DNA from: a virus
Virus record (IMG/VR): IMGVR_UViG_3300034073_004654
Span: 12,893-76,892 of that record
Strand: one strand, 5' to 3'
DNA: 64,000 nucleotides
Of the stretch, positions 20,496 through 31,405 are shown piece after piece (position 1 is the first letter of the stretch; every line of letters starts with the position of its first letter). The notes below the pieces were generated by a model. The model searched no databases, was not told the DNA's origin, and was given only the letters and a program-made list of their open reading frames with translations. A program made the position numbers and the translations under genes.

Positions 20496-20858
20496 ATGAG
20501 TATTTTAGATCAAATTAATGCATGGGCAAATGAGCGAGGGCTACTTAACATTGAATGGGATAAAACAGCTCATGCTTCATTTATTGCGGAGGAGTTAAGC
20601 GAGTTTCTTCGGGCTAAGAATGGCAATGAAGAAATGGATGCTTTATGTGACATTATTGTTTTTGCGGCAAATGCCATGAGGATTCGGGGATATGATCCTA
20701 ATGTAGCGATGGAAGAAACGTTGAAAGAGATTAATAGTCGAACGGGGGCATTTAATCCTGCTACGGGCAAATGGGAGAAGTTCAAGACTCCTGAAGCCAT
20801 GGCATTGTGGTATGCGGCAGATTATGATAAGGCTAAGTTAGATTCATCGAAAAGTTGA
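20496..20858 (+). CDS. MazG-like / all-alpha NTP pyrophosphohydrolase
   Basis: W...RGL, EELSEF, DALCDIIV. Confidence 0.7.
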   Translation: MSILDQINAWANERGLLNIEWDKTAHASFIAEELSEFLRAKNGNEEMDALCDIIVFAANAMRIRGYDPNVAMEETLKEINSRTGAFNPATGKWEKFKTPEAMALWYAADYDKAKLDSSKS

Positions 20859-20928
20859 TTAGAGTGGTTTGTTAAATCTTTTAATTCAGACAATAATTAA
20901 ATATAAGTCTATAGTTATAGGAGATGAA

Positions 20929-21732
20929 ATGTCATTAAAAGATTTAATTAAAGTAGCGAATTATTATAATGTTAAATATAGTCTTGAAGCCGAAGAATCT
21001 TTAATAAAGGAAGCGGCTGGCAAATATGATCATATTGATTTTAGACCACCTGAATCTGTGGCAAAAGCAGCGGCGAGGGGATTGGAGCTGCGTAAGAAGA
21101 ATAAAGGCAAAGGCGGATTATCTGTGCAGCAGGCACATAAGCAAGGAATAGGATCTGGGGTAGCTAGGGCTGCGTCTTTAAAAAATCGAAAAACTTTAAG
21201 TCCAGCTACTGTGCGTAGGATGAAGGCATTTTTTGATCGTCATGAAAAGAACAAGGGCGCTAGCGGTGGAAAACCTTTAGCACAAGATAAAGGGCATATT
21301 TCTTGGTTGCTTTGGGGTGGCGATCCTGGTCGAAGCTGGGCGAATAAAATAGTAAATCAAATGAATGCAGCAGATAAAAAAACAGTTAGAGCGGCTATTG
21401 AATATTTATTACGCAAGAATGGCAGTGCTTCTATTTACCCTCATCCAAGCTCCGAGGAAAGGTTATTTAATCCTGACATGGTGGGGCAAGTCATTCAAGA
21501 AATTGGTGGTCGGGAAAATTTCGATTCTCTTTTGCCGAGAGAAAACCAAATAGCTGATTTTATATCTGCTAAGGAAATTCTATTAGAGAAAGTAAAGAAC
21601 GCTTATGAAGAATATAAGGCTTTAAATCCATATAGCTTTGATGATGATGATGAGAAAGCTCAAGCATATCAATTGGTAATTCAATATATTGAGAATTCTA
21701 TTGATGATGCGAAAAATTTGTACAGGAACTGA
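20929..21732 (+). CDS. leader-family basic putative head protein
   Basis: MSLKDLIKVANYYNVKY; PP..VA.AA.RGL...RM..FF.RH...WLLWGG..G..WA domain seen in phage head-associated proteins. Confidence 0.65.
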   Translation: MSLKDLIKVANYYNVKYSLEAEESLIKEAAGKYDHIDFRPPESVAKAAARGLELRKKNKGKGGLSVQQAHKQGIGSGVARAASLKNRKTLSPATVRRMKAFFDRHEKNKGASGGKPLAQDKGHISWLLWGGDPGRSWANKIVNQMNAADKKTVRAAIEYLLRKNGSASIYPHPSSEERLFNPDMVGQVIQEIGGRENFDSLLPRENQIADFISAKEILLEKVKNAYEEYKALNPYSFDDDDEKAQAYQLVIQYIENSIDDAKNLYRN

Positions 21733-21734
21733 GT

Positions 21735-22100
21735 ATGTCAAAGGCTATTAAAATTCTACAAACCTGTGAGGCGTTTTCTTCCTTGGTAAGGAAAGCGGAT
21801 TATCTAACGGACCCAATAGATGATAGGAAGGAGTATTCTATTTATTCGGAAGATGAGGTTAGTCTATTGGACTTAGAATTTAGCAACCTAATTAGAAAAT
21901 TTTATATAGAGAAGAATTTACAAAATCCTGGATTTACTTTTCCTGATTATTTACTTGAAAAGTACAAGATATCTACTAAAGAAGAATTTATTAAATACAT
22001 AACTGAAAAATTAAATGTAAATGAATATGACGAGATTGACAAGATGGGTAAATTTTACGATCGAATGACCAGGGGAGATTTTGATCAATTGATTCAATAA
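21735..22100 (+). CDS. leader-family protein, short paralogue of 18475
   Basis: Shares ...LV.KADY..D..D N-terminus and KFYD.M..G.F C-terminus with 18475. Confidence 0.7.
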   Translation: MSKAIKILQTCEAFSSLVRKADYLTDPIDDRKEYSIYSEDEVSLLDLEFSNLIRKFYIEKNLQNPGFTFPDYLLEKYKISTKEEFIKYITEKLNVNEYDEIDKMGKFYDRMTRGDFDQLIQ

Positions 22101-22125
22101 TCGGGCATCAAATTAAAGGAAATAA

Positions 22126-22491
22126 ATGTCGATAGCAAATCTTGTTAAATTAGCCAATTATTATGAAGTTAAATATAAATTCGCATCTGGATATGATTTA
22201 AGAGAGCGTTCCGTCGATTTTTGGAATGAAGTAGAGTCTGAATCAAAACAATTGGTTACAAATTTTATGGCAGTAAATGCCGAAGGTGATCTTGGGGGAG
22301 AAGAAGCGGCTAAGTTAGCCTTCAATATGCAAAGTGAAATTGATAATTTGGTTGAAAATTTTTCATTAAAATTTAATGAAAAATTTTCGAAAAATCTTGA
22401 CAAAATAAAATTAAAAGAATACATTGAGCTAACCATACAAGAAGAATTAGAATCAATTTCTGAAACATTAAACATTGAATTGCCTAATTAA
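22126..22491 (+). CDS. leader-family protein
   Basis: MSIANLVKLANYYEVKYKFA; AATA-N6-CAT at 22096-22108. Confidence 0.7.
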   Translation: MSIANLVKLANYYEVKYKFASGYDLRERSVDFWNEVESESKQLVTNFMAVNAEGDLGGEEAAKLAFNMQSEIDNLVENFSLKFNEKFSKNLDKIKLKEYIELTIQEELESISETLNIELPN

Positions 22492-22543
22492 GAAAAATCA
22501 TATGATGATGAAGAATTTCACAAATAATTATTCATTAAAAAAT

Positions 22544-23251
22544 ATGAAAAAAATAATTTTATCTTTTTTATTTTTAGTTTCTTGTGCTAGGGGCAATCAC
22601 GAAACTTTTGAAGATGATGGAGCTGGGGCTGATTCTAGCTATATCGCAAACGGATCTGGCGCTGCTACTTCTGTAGCATCATCTAATTCAAGCACTTCTA
22701 ACTCTGTAACTTCGACCACAGGCTCTAGTAATTCAGTAACAATTGCCAGTAGCAGTTCTGGAGAAATGGTTTGTGTTCCTGGAACGACTCAATTATGCAA
22801 CGGTCCTGGGGCATGTTTTGGGGCACAGTCTTGCAATTCGGATGGAATGAGTTATGGTGACTGCATATGTTCTAGTTCTTCTAGCGATGTGACTAGTGCA
22901 GGAATAACTAGCGCCGGAGTAACTACTGGGGGTCAAAATTTCACATGTGATCCTTTAAACCCTGCAATTGCTTGCGGTTCTGGAAAGCAATGTTTACCTC
23001 AAACGAATGGTGAACCTATTTGCGCTCCCGCTGGCAATGGAAACTTTTTCGATTTATGTGTAGATTTTTCTCAATGTTTACCTGGACTAGACTGTGTTAA
23101 TGAAGGTGTTAATTCTTGTTGCATGGCATGGTGCAGATTGGGATATAATGATTGTCCCAATGGATTTAGTTGTGTAGAGGTTTTAGGAAATCCCTCTATT
23201 GATGGGGTGATATATGGAATATGCTGGGATGGTTTGCCCTGCATTCTTTGA
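22544..23251 (+). CDS. Cys-rich lipoprotein, myxobacterial style
   Basis: MKKIILSFLFLVS-C lipobox, Ser/Thr linkers, C.PG.TQ.C.GPG.C.G.Q.C module and further Cys repeats. Confidence 0.7.
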   Translation: MKKIILSFLFLVSCARGNHETFEDDGAGADSSYIANGSGAATSVASSNSSTSNSVTSTTGSSNSVTIASSSSGEMVCVPGTTQLCNGPGACFGAQSCNSDGMSYGDCICSSSSSDVTSAGITSAGVTTGGQNFTCDPLNPAIACGSGKQCLPQTNGEPICAPAGNGNFFDLCVDFSQCLPGLDCVNEGVNSCCMAWCRLGYNDCPNGFSCVEVLGNPSIDGVIYGICWDGLPCIL

Positions 23252-23554
23252 GGATTATGACAGAAAATACAATTTTAGTTAGAAAATTAGCTTATATTTA
23301 TAAATTTAAGACTGAGCCCGAATCATTGAAAGAGATGTTTTATTCTTTATTTTACCCCGTGGTAAAAGATGGGATTGAATATTATATGGTAGGTAGAAAC
23401 AATACTCAGCAATTTTATTTGGGAATAGATAATTTTGATCAGATTTGGAAATTATCTGAAACCAATGATTTTGATGAAGAATCAGAAGTAATGAATTTTC
23501 ATTTAGAATCAGAGAAGGTATATTCTGATTTGGGATACATAGGTCATTGTTAAT

Positions 23555-23983
23555 ATGTCAAATGATCGAGCAATTGTTTCTAAATCTTCCACTTATCCTT
23601 TGAGCAGGTTGAGTGCAGGTTTTGAGCCTGTTAATCAATTGCAAACTTTGCAAGAAGCAGAGAAGATGTTGGGAGTTGTGGCTCATGGCAAGTTACAAGT
23701 AATTGCCGAGCAGATTCGTTATTTGCAAGAACAAGCTAAGAAAATTATTATAGAAGCGGAGATTAATATGGAATTGCATCAAGCTAGTTGTGCTTTTGAA
23801 AAACGAGTAGGTCATATTTATCATTTATATAAGAGAGAATCTGGAGAAACATATTTTTCCATGTTGTCTGTAGAAGATTGGAATGGAAATCCTCCTCATG
23901 AATTTTTGGGTTCATATAAACTAGAGCCTGATATGTCATGGGTTAAGGCGGATTCTACTGATATTGTAGATTCTGAGCCTTGA
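23555..23983 (+). CDS. DUF2452-like protein
   Basis: KL.VI.EQI..LQ.QA, A.C.F...VG.IYHLY.R, S.LS..DW, G.Y.L..D.SW. Confidence 0.7.
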   Translation: MSNDRAIVSKSSTYPLSRLSAGFEPVNQLQTLQEAEKMLGVVAHGKLQVIAEQIRYLQEQAKKIIIEAEINMELHQASCAFEKRVGHIYHLYKRESGETYFSMLSVEDWNGNPPHEFLGSYKLEPDMSWVKADSTDIVDSEP

Positions 23984-24198
23984 AAATGAGACATTACATT
24001 ATTTCCGAAGAAGAATTAAATAAGCTTCGTTCAGCAGCTAGAAGTTTGTTTAATTCTAATATTCCAATGTTTACTGGTCAGCCTGAAACCACCAGGGATC
24101 TTTCTTTTAAAATCAAAGAAGTTATCGAAGCTGTAAGAGAATTGAATTTAGAATCTGTCAAGGATTGAGTTGGTTTGAAACTTTCTAGCGTTAGAGCG

Positions 24199-24227
24199 TT
24201 GACAGGTTAACTTTCCGGCATTATGTT
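24199..24227 (+). promoter_or_regulatory. sigma70-like promoter
   Basis: TTGACA-17-TATGTT. Confidence 0.7.
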
Positions 24228-24708
24228 GAAGGGGAGTGAGGAGATTCATTTATGAAGTTCAAGGTTTGGATTGAAATTGAGGCAATTGACGAAGAAAATG
24301 ATGTTTATGAGACGGCATCTCCATTCCCTGTATGTTTAGGAGAGTTTGATTCCCTGGAAGATGCGGACAAGGCTATTGTTGATTTGACTGGGCAGACTAC
24401 TTTGAAGTGACTTTAAAAAAAGGAAAACATTATGAGTTTCAATATGTCTACTTTGGCTGAGATTGATGTTAGTTCTTTGGTGGATGAGCACGGCGAGGAT
24501 TCTGATTTTTATCGTTGGCTGAATGATAATGCAACTTTTGAGCATGTAGATTCTTTTGAGTTTATTCATCATTTGTTTCCCGAGGAAACTGAGGAGTTCT
24601 TTGTGAAAGAGGAGCTTTATCCTGGAATTCCCGATACTCTGAGGGCTGATATTCTGGAAGCTCGTCGAAAGGGCGCTGTTAGGGTTTGTTTTTATTGCTG
24701 AGGTAATT

Positions 24709-25203
24709 ATGGTTTGGGTTCGTCAACATAAAGATTATAACGATAATAAGGTTCGAATTTCGGTTTTTGATACTGAAATTGCGGCAGCGAAACATGCTTG
24801 CGCTGAAATTTTAGCTTTGCTTTCTAGCTTTGTTTTAACAGAGCAGCATCTTTTGCAAGAAGCTAGAGAGATTAATGATTTAATTGCTAAGGGTACAGTC
24901 CCAGATTATCTTTCTGCTATTAAGAAGTGGAATAATGGACAGATTAATGATAGCGAATACCCTGAGTTTTGGAAGGTATATGAGCGTCAAATCAAAGATG
25001 AATCTCAAGCTGATAAGATTACTTTGCTGCCAGATGAATTTTTTGGAGAAACAGAAGAAGAAACTGTTATAGAAAATCATGTTGTTGCCTCTGGCGCAAC
25101 GTGCAGAAAATGCAACAATCATAATGAATATGCTACCGCTGATAATGTAGATGGTACTTATCTTTGTCGAACTTGCAATATGTTTTTTAAAGTTTTCAGT
25201 TGA
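24709..25203 (+). CDS. hypothetical protein with C-terminal zinc ribbon
   Basis: C..C....YA.A....G..LC..C, shared with 48032. Confidence 0.7.
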   Translation: MVWVRQHKDYNDNKVRISVFDTEIAAAKHACAEILALLSSFVLTEQHLLQEAREINDLIAKGTVPDYLSAIKKWNNGQINDSEYPEFWKVYERQIKDESQADKITLLPDEFFGETEEETVIENHVVASGATCRKCNNHNEYATADNVDGTYLCRTCNMFFKVFS

Positions 25204-25417
25204 GGTAAATATGATTCTTCCTAAGAACAAAATTCTTTCTTTTATGCGATCTCATTTGGGTGATGTTCGAGATAATCGAACAGGCGAGATTAATCATACT
25301 TTGCTGGCAGAGATGGCAGCAAATGAACTTAATTTGTATCTAAATGATAACTATGATATTCCCGAAGAAGTTTTTGAACTAGCAACCAAATTTAACTAAT
25401 AAAACGCAATATTAATT

Positions 25418-25834
25418 ATGAAAGCCTGGCTGTTAATAGTTACAATTGTATTATTCGGCGTCTCGGCTTTCTTTAGGAAACTGGCGGTTGATAAAATTAG
25501 CCCTTATCAATTGCAATTATTTTCCAGTTTGATTTACACGGCATTAATTCCATTTTGGGCATACTTAATTAAGTATGATGGAATACAAATAAGCTATGAC
25601 ACATCGGCGATAATATTTGGCATTGCCTGCGTATTAACAAATGTTGCTGGAGCAATTTTCTTTGGTAGATTATTACAATCTTCTAATAGTATTGGGAGTT
25701 TAACTGTTTTAATTGCTATTAATCCTATTGTAACATTTTTGTTGTCGATGATATTTTTGGGAGAAACTTTGACGATAAAAAAAGTTATTGCATGTGGATT
25801 GGCGGTAATTAGTTTAATTGTATTTCACATTTAG
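25418..25834 (+). CDS. EamA/DMT family membrane protein
   Basis: 5 hydrophobic helices; P..T.LL...FLGE.LT..K..A motif. Confidence 0.8.
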   Translation: MKAWLLIVTIVLFGVSAFFRKLAVDKISPYQLQLFSSLIYTALIPFWAYLIKYDGIQISYDTSAIIFGIACVLTNVAGAIFFGRLLQSSNSIGSLTVLIAINPIVTFLLSMIFLGETLTIKKVIACGLAVISLIVFHI

Positions 25835-26137
25835 AAAGAATTATGGAAGTCACAAATTCAAAAGATGCAATGACAATGTTGTTGGTAGCCATGCGCCGTG
25901 AAACTGTTTTGGCTTATCAAGACATGGATGAATTTACTTATGATGATGCTAATTATTATTTAGCTACTTATGTTGAACATGTTAGGAAGGCTAGGAGTTA
26001 TGGTATCAAGCTCAAAGATGTTAAGAACATGTATAATTATATTGATACCATGATGAAATCACGGACGGTGATGGCTGGAGATGATGCTTTGAAATTTTAC
26101 TTTGCTAATAAGCAGTCAACTTCTCAAATGAATTAAA

Positions 26138-26614
26138 ATGCGATATCCTGTAATTAAGTGTGTTGGATGTGAGGGTTCTGGGTTAGCATATTTTCGTCAA
26201 AATTTTGATGGAGATATTGTGGATGAAGAATATTGTTTAGAATGTTTGGGTACTGGTGAAATTGATTTAGAAGAAGATTTCATTAAAGATATTGAGCCTC
26301 TTGCATTAAAGCTGGCATTAATTGAATTAAGAGATTTAGAAAAAGAAATTAATTGTTTTCAACTAGATCGGTCTCAGGCTGATTTAGTTTTTTCTCATTA
26401 TAAAGAAATGTTTCATGTTAGAAAACAAGAAATTATTAATGAGATTTCTCAGCTAAGAGAAAGCCAAGAAGGCTGGGATAAAATTGATTTATTGCTTCAT
26501 TGGAACGAGCAAGTTTATCTGGAGGATAGATTTGCTCCAATTTCCAATTCTGTTATAATTCCTGCGGAGATGCAGGTTTATGACGATTGGATTTTTGACG
26601 AAATTCCATTTTAA
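26138..26614 (+). CDS. DnaJ-type zinc-finger protein
   Basis: CVGCEGSG and CLECLGTG. Confidence 0.55.
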   Translation: MRYPVIKCVGCEGSGLAYFRQNFDGDIVDEEYCLECLGTGEIDLEEDFIKDIEPLALKLALIELRDLEKEINCFQLDRSQADLVFSHYKEMFHVRKQEIINEISQLRESQEGWDKIDLLLHWNEQVYLEDRFAPISNSVIIPAEMQVYDDWIFDEIPF

Positions 26615-26725
26615 TTAAAATATTCATATCTTAATGTCAATGACCACCAGCACAAGGCTATCCTTGCCAAGAAGATCATGAAAAAATGATTAATGTTGTC
26701 ATTCAATAATTCCTTATCTTAATAT

Positions 26726-28021
26726 ATGTTTAGAAATAAATTTGATAAGATAGCTTTTTGCATAGATGAATTTGAAAAGATGGTGCGCCTTAATAAAGTC
26801 GCAGATTGGGCAGGCTTTGCGCCGACAGCCACAATTACTTCAATTTTAGCGGCTCCGGCAATGGCTCCAGCGGGACTTGCATTGGATTTGGTAGGGAAAG
26901 CCATGAAAAAAAATAAAACCCAAGCACCACCTACAATAAACGCTCCAGCATCACAACCATCGGAGATGGTCGAAGAACCTGGAGATGCCATTCCAGTTCC
27001 TTCTGCCTCAAAGGCAGAGCCTAAGAAAAAAGAGACTTCCGCAGAAAATAAAACAAAGACTCCTCCTAAAGATGAAGAAGAAGAAGAAGAATATGATGCT
27101 GATCTTAATACCGAAAGCGATGATGAAATTCTAGCTGATAATGAAAACGAAACACCTGTTTCCAAACCAAGTGTAAGGGGCGGTGGAGGTTCTAAAAAAA
27201 TCGATTCTAAATATCAAAAAATAATTAATTTTTATTTAGAAAAATGGCAACAAGACAAAATTGAAGAAGATGGTTTATGGGGACCAAAAACTCAAAAAGC
27301 CCTTGATTTTATCAGCTCTTTATACGAAAATAAATATAAATTCAAGTCATCTAGCGACTTGGGCAATTTAGAACAATTATACAATAATTTAGTAGAAAGC
27401 CTAGAGTCTGAAAAAACATCGCCTGCAAAGCCATCACCTGAAAAAACATCACCTCAAATGGGATTAATTGCATCTCATAAGACAATGCAAATAAAAACCG
27501 CATCAGATCCAGGTCAAAAATTTTCTGCACAACTTATTAATATTCAAAAAGGACTTGGATTTTTAAAAGATCTCTTTGGCGAAGATGATAGCATTGGAGA
27601 CTTGAAAAATGAAATTATTGGCTTATGGCAAGATGCCCAACTTTCTTCTATACTTAAGAATTTAAGCAACAGATATGTTCCCATAAGAGAAAATCTTATT
27701 AAGCATATTAATGGAAATTTATATTACTCAGAATTTGCTAACAATCCTAAGAATCCAATGGCTGCTGAAAACTATAAAACATATGTAAATGAAGTTTCTA
27801 ATTTTATTAATTCTTTAGATAGAAACTTTGGAATTGCCTCATCTCAACAAATTATGGGACAAGTTGAACAAAGAGAATCTAGCCCGCAGCCAGCCTCTCA
27901 ACCAACTTCACTTGATTCGCCAACAGTTCCAAAAGTCCAATCACCAAAAGTTTCACCATTTGTAAATAAAGACTCATTAATTTCAGCAGTAACTACTAAA
28001 TACAATCCCGAAACCATTTAA
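26726..28021 (+). CDS. leader-family protein with peptidoglycan-binding motif
   Basis: Leader ...FEKMVRLNKVA; DGLWGPKT.KAL; internal IKTA. Confidence 0.65.
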   Translation: MFRNKFDKIAFCIDEFEKMVRLNKVADWAGFAPTATITSILAAPAMAPAGLALDLVGKAMKKNKTQAPPTINAPASQPSEMVEEPGDAIPVPSASKAEPKKKETSAENKTKTPPKDEEEEEEYDADLNTESDDEILADNENETPVSKPSVRGGGGSKKIDSKYQKIINFYLEKWQQDKIEEDGLWGPKTQKALDFISSLYENKYKFKSSSDLGNLEQLYNNLVESLESEKTSPAKPSPEKTSPQMGLIASHKTMQIKTASDPGQKFSAQLINIQKGLGFLKDLFGEDDSIGDLKNEIIGLWQDAQLSSILKNLSNRYVPIRENLIKHINGNLYYSEFANNPKNPMAAENYKTYVNEVSNFINSLDRNFGIASSQQIMGQVEQRESSPQPASQPTSLDSPTVPKVQSPKVSPFVNKDSLISAVTTKYNPETI

Positions 28022-28088
28022 TCAAGCTGCTTAAATTATTTTTTTAATTATTTTAGATATCTTATTAACTATAAGATTATTTTTTAAT

Positions 28089-28451
28089 TCAGCCTTTGCC
28101 AGGCTTCTTGGCAGCTTTAGAAACTTCAATTCCTGGATAATGTTTCTTGACAGCTTTGGCAACTGCATTAACTAATGATTCAAGGGAGCCATTATACCAT
28201 TCAGGAGCTTTGGAATATTGGTTAGCACGAGCTAAAGCATTTTGAGCTTGAGCTTTGTTGGTAATTGGAAAATGATCTTTGTCATCCTTGACTTTAGGAT
28301 GCTCAGCAGGAAATACACATTTGCCCCGGCTTCTGACAGCGGCTTTTGGATCGTGTTTTTTCTCTTTCTTTTTGGCGGTTTTAATGTTTTCATAGACGAC
28401 CGTCTCAAAAGCCTCTACTTCTAACAATAATTGATCGACTGAATTTTCCAT
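28089..28451 (-). CDS. leader-family basic protein
   Basis: ...VEAFETVVYENIKTA; HFPI....QA.NALAR domain. Confidence 0.7.
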   Translation of the reverse strand: MENSVDQLLLEVEAFETVVYENIKTAKKKEKKHDPKAAVRSRGKCVFPAEHPKVKDDKDHFPITNKAQAQNALARANQYSKAPEWYNGSLESLVNAVAKAVKKHYPGIEVSKAAKKPGKG

Positions 28452-28484
28452 ATTACCTCTTAATTAATAGGAGAATATTAATAT

Positions 28485-28733
28485 ATGTCAAAGATAGCTT
28501 TTTGGAATTATAGAGTTATTAAAAGCATAGATGATTTTGGAGAATCAACTTTTGCTATTCATGAAGTTTACTATGAAGAGAATAATCAACCTATAGCTTG
28601 TTCTGAAAATCCTATAGGTATAATTTCAGAAACATTAGACGGATTAACAAAACAATTTGACCTTTTTAAATTGGCTTTAGATAAACCAATTTTAGAAATG
28701 AATTATTTTGAAAACTTAGAAAAAAAACCATGA
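28485..28733 (+). CDS. conserved hypothetical protein
   Basis: WNYRV...IHEVYY...AL.KP.L pattern. Confidence 0.65.
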   Translation: MSKIAFWNYRVIKSIDDFGESTFAIHEVYYEENNQPIACSENPIGIISETLDGLTKQFDLFKLALDKPILEMNYFENLEKKP

Positions 28734-29218
28734 CAAAAATCATTATCTCTAATGAGCAGCATAATCATCTTATCTCTCAAGGAATTAAAGATCTATTAAA
28801 GGAGTTAACTGTTGAGGGTTTAAGCGATGAAGAAAGAAAACAGATTCTTAAAAAATATGAATGGATCAACAAATTGTTTGGTCATAGTTAATTTAAATGG
28901 CTGCCTAATTGGCAGCTTTTTTCTTTAAATCATTGTTTTTTTAGATATACAGTTATGTCTGATGCAAATGATAATTTCGAAAATAGTTCGGAAGATATTG
29001 TTCTTGAACCCAAAGAACATGATTGGTATGATCCTGAGATTGTTTGGACTTCTACTTATAGTCCTGATTCCATTCGCATTTCAAATTATGCTTTAAGATT
29101 TGTTTGCAAAAATTGTTTAATAGAAGTTATCGGAGTAACTGGAAGCTCTGAATTAATTGAAAAATTAAACAAAAAATCTTGTATATAACCGGGCTATATA
29201 TTGGTATAATTATCAACC

Positions 29219-29623
29219 ATGGAAAATAATTTTTTAAAAAACCTGTATGCCGCCATTGATGTTTATTATGGATATATTAAGATTGCCCAAGAAACGGGTG
29301 AAAAAATAGTTCCATTCGATCATTTAATGCAAATCGGTGAGCGTCTTGCAGGGATAAGGTCTTATCCTTATTTAAATTTAATTACAAGAATGGATAAAGA
29401 ATATAATTATATTAATCAATATAATCGCTTAAAAGAAAAATACAAAGATTTAGACGATAAAAATATAATTAATGTTGCATTTAAACTTTGGGTAGAATAT
29501 TGTTTTGAAAATAACATAATATCCCAAGTAGAACAAGATGATCTTTTGAAATTGCTTGAGGATTTGAAAAAGCCAATTAGCGAATCTGAAGTTAAGGAAT
29601 TATTTAGTAATGAGTTGACCTGA
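29219..29623 (+). CDS. leader-family protein
   Basis: ...LYAAIDVYYGYIKIAQ. Confidence 0.65.
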   Translation: MENNFLKNLYAAIDVYYGYIKIAQETGEKIVPFDHLMQIGERLAGIRSYPYLNLITRMDKEYNYINQYNRLKEKYKDLDDKNIINVAFKLWVEYCFENNIISQVEQDDLLKLLEDLKKPISESEVKELFSNELT

Positions 29624-29643
29624 TTCTTTCTGTCGAGCCAGTG

Positions 29644-29672
29644 TTGACACCTCAAAGTGCCCGCCTTATAGT
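29644..29672 (+). promoter_or_regulatory. sigma70-like promoter
   Basis: TTGACA-17-TATAGT preceded by TGTCGAGCCA. Confidence 0.8.
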
Positions 29673-29721
29673 GTAGAGCGTAGGGGAACGGACCCCCTGT
29701 TTAGAGAGGATATTTTTTAAA

Positions 29722-30738
29722 ATGGCACATCAGCTTGTTGATTCGGTTAAGGTTCCTGGCAAGGTTCTCATGCTTTATCGGTCGTTTGAGGGTAATTCCC
29801 TTCCTTGGCATCGTCTTGGAAAGGGTGCCGAAAAGTGGACCACCGATGAAGTCAAGGATTTCCTTGAGGTGGAAACCGAGGTTAATGTCAAGGATCTTTA
29901 TGCCGAGGATTTCCGAGTCCCCGACCGTCGTGCGGTTTTTTGGGGCGAGCGTTATCTTGGCACCATTGGTCCCGATACCGTGATTCTCCAGAACAACGAC
30001 TTCTTTGAGAATCTTCGTGGTTGGGAAACGAACGGTTACGAGATCGAAACTGCCGGTTATCTTCGCGCCGGTAGTCGTGCTTGGTTTCAAGTTAACATCC
30101 CTCACGATAAGGATGAGTTTACTGTTCGTGATGGTGATCGTATTGCGCCTTATTTCTTTATGGCGCATAGTCACGATGGCTCTTTGAGCCTAGCAAGCGG
30201 CATGGTGCAAACCCGAATCGTTTGCAACAACACTCTTTCGGTGAGTCTTAAGGAGGAAGGTGTTAGCAAGCGTAAGCATACCGGAAATGTTATCATGAAG
30301 GCAAGCGAGATTAATCACGCTGCTCGTAAGGTTCTGGATGCTGCAAAGAAGCATGTTCAGCAATATCGTTATCTGGACAGTGTTGAAGTTCCTGATAAGG
30401 AGCAGGATGTTCTTCGTTTTGCCGAGGCTTTTGCCAAGGATATGAAGGGCAAGGATCTGGAGGTTATTGTTAAGTCCAAGGTTTTGGAGCCTGGTCGTGT
30501 TCACGAGGATATCGTGGCTCGCTTTATGGGCGGGATTGGTTCTGAGGCTAAGACTTGTTGGGATTTGTTCAACGCTGTAACTGAGCGTAATTCCCATTCT
30601 CTTGGGAATGCGATGGCAGATGAATCGGACGGAGATCGCATTGCTCGCCGGTTCGATAACTCGATGTTTGGTGGACAGCGAGATATTGCTAAGGCTTTGC
30701 GAGTGGCTACAGATATGGCAAAGCTCTGGGCTGCGTGA
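29722..30738 (+). CDS. DUF932/DUF945 family phage/plasmid protein
   Basis: PWH.LG, LQN, ETAG.L..G, SHDGS, RIVC.NTL, KHT, T.W..FNAVTE. Confidence 0.8.
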   Translation: MAHQLVDSVKVPGKVLMLYRSFEGNSLPWHRLGKGAEKWTTDEVKDFLEVETEVNVKDLYAEDFRVPDRRAVFWGERYLGTIGPDTVILQNNDFFENLRGWETNGYEIETAGYLRAGSRAWFQVNIPHDKDEFTVRDGDRIAPYFFMAHSHDGSLSLASGMVQTRIVCNNTLSVSLKEEGVSKRKHTGNVIMKASEINHAARKVLDAAKKHVQQYRYLDSVEVPDKEQDVLRFAEAFAKDMKGKDLEVIVKSKVLEPGRVHEDIVARFMGGIGSEAKTCWDLFNAVTERNSHSLGNAMADESDGDRIARRFDNSMFGGQRDIAKALRVATDMAKLWAA

Positions 30739-31109
30739 AAAAGAAAAATAATGGTTGCCTGATTCAATTATGGATCGGGCAACCATTATTTAACCTCCAT
30801 CTAAAACAGGTAAACTATGATTTTGTATTTGGTGGCGCAAGGCGAGAATCCTGATGGTACGGAAATTCCGTCTAATAATGGTGGAGTATCTGTTTATGGC
30901 TGGGTTCGTAATCCTGAGGTAATCAAAAAGATTTATGAGGTACTGCGTCAATCTGCGATGGAGGACGGTATTGGGGAAGTAAAGTCTGTGCCATTTACTG
31001 AAAGTGATTTGGCATTCATGACTGAGAAGAAGGCAAAGATTAGAGCGCAATCAGAAAAGGAATCTGATAAAACGCTAGACTCTTTGTTTGACAAGATTTC
31101 GATGTGAAG

Positions 31110-31145
31110 AAAAAGCCCGCAGGAAACTGCGGGCTTTTTCTTTTG
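31110..31145 (+). terminator. intrinsic terminator
   Basis: AAAAGCCCGCAG-gaaa-CTGCGGGCTTTTT. Confidence 0.85.
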
Positions 31146-31405
31146 GTAAGCTACATCTTCTGCATTATTAATAACAGGAGATGTTATGGAAATTTTCGAA
31201 GAAGATACTGACAAAGATATTATTGAAGATAATATCATTCATGCTTTGCATTTAATTTTAAAAACAAAATGCAAATTCGAAGATCATGAAATTATTTCGG
31301 AGGAATTGGAGAAAGCGGAATTGGCTCTGGAAAATTTCTTGATTAAATTCTAATTTTAGAAAAACTAGGCTGGCTACTTTGGAAGATTCACTAATTGTGA
31401 GAAAT

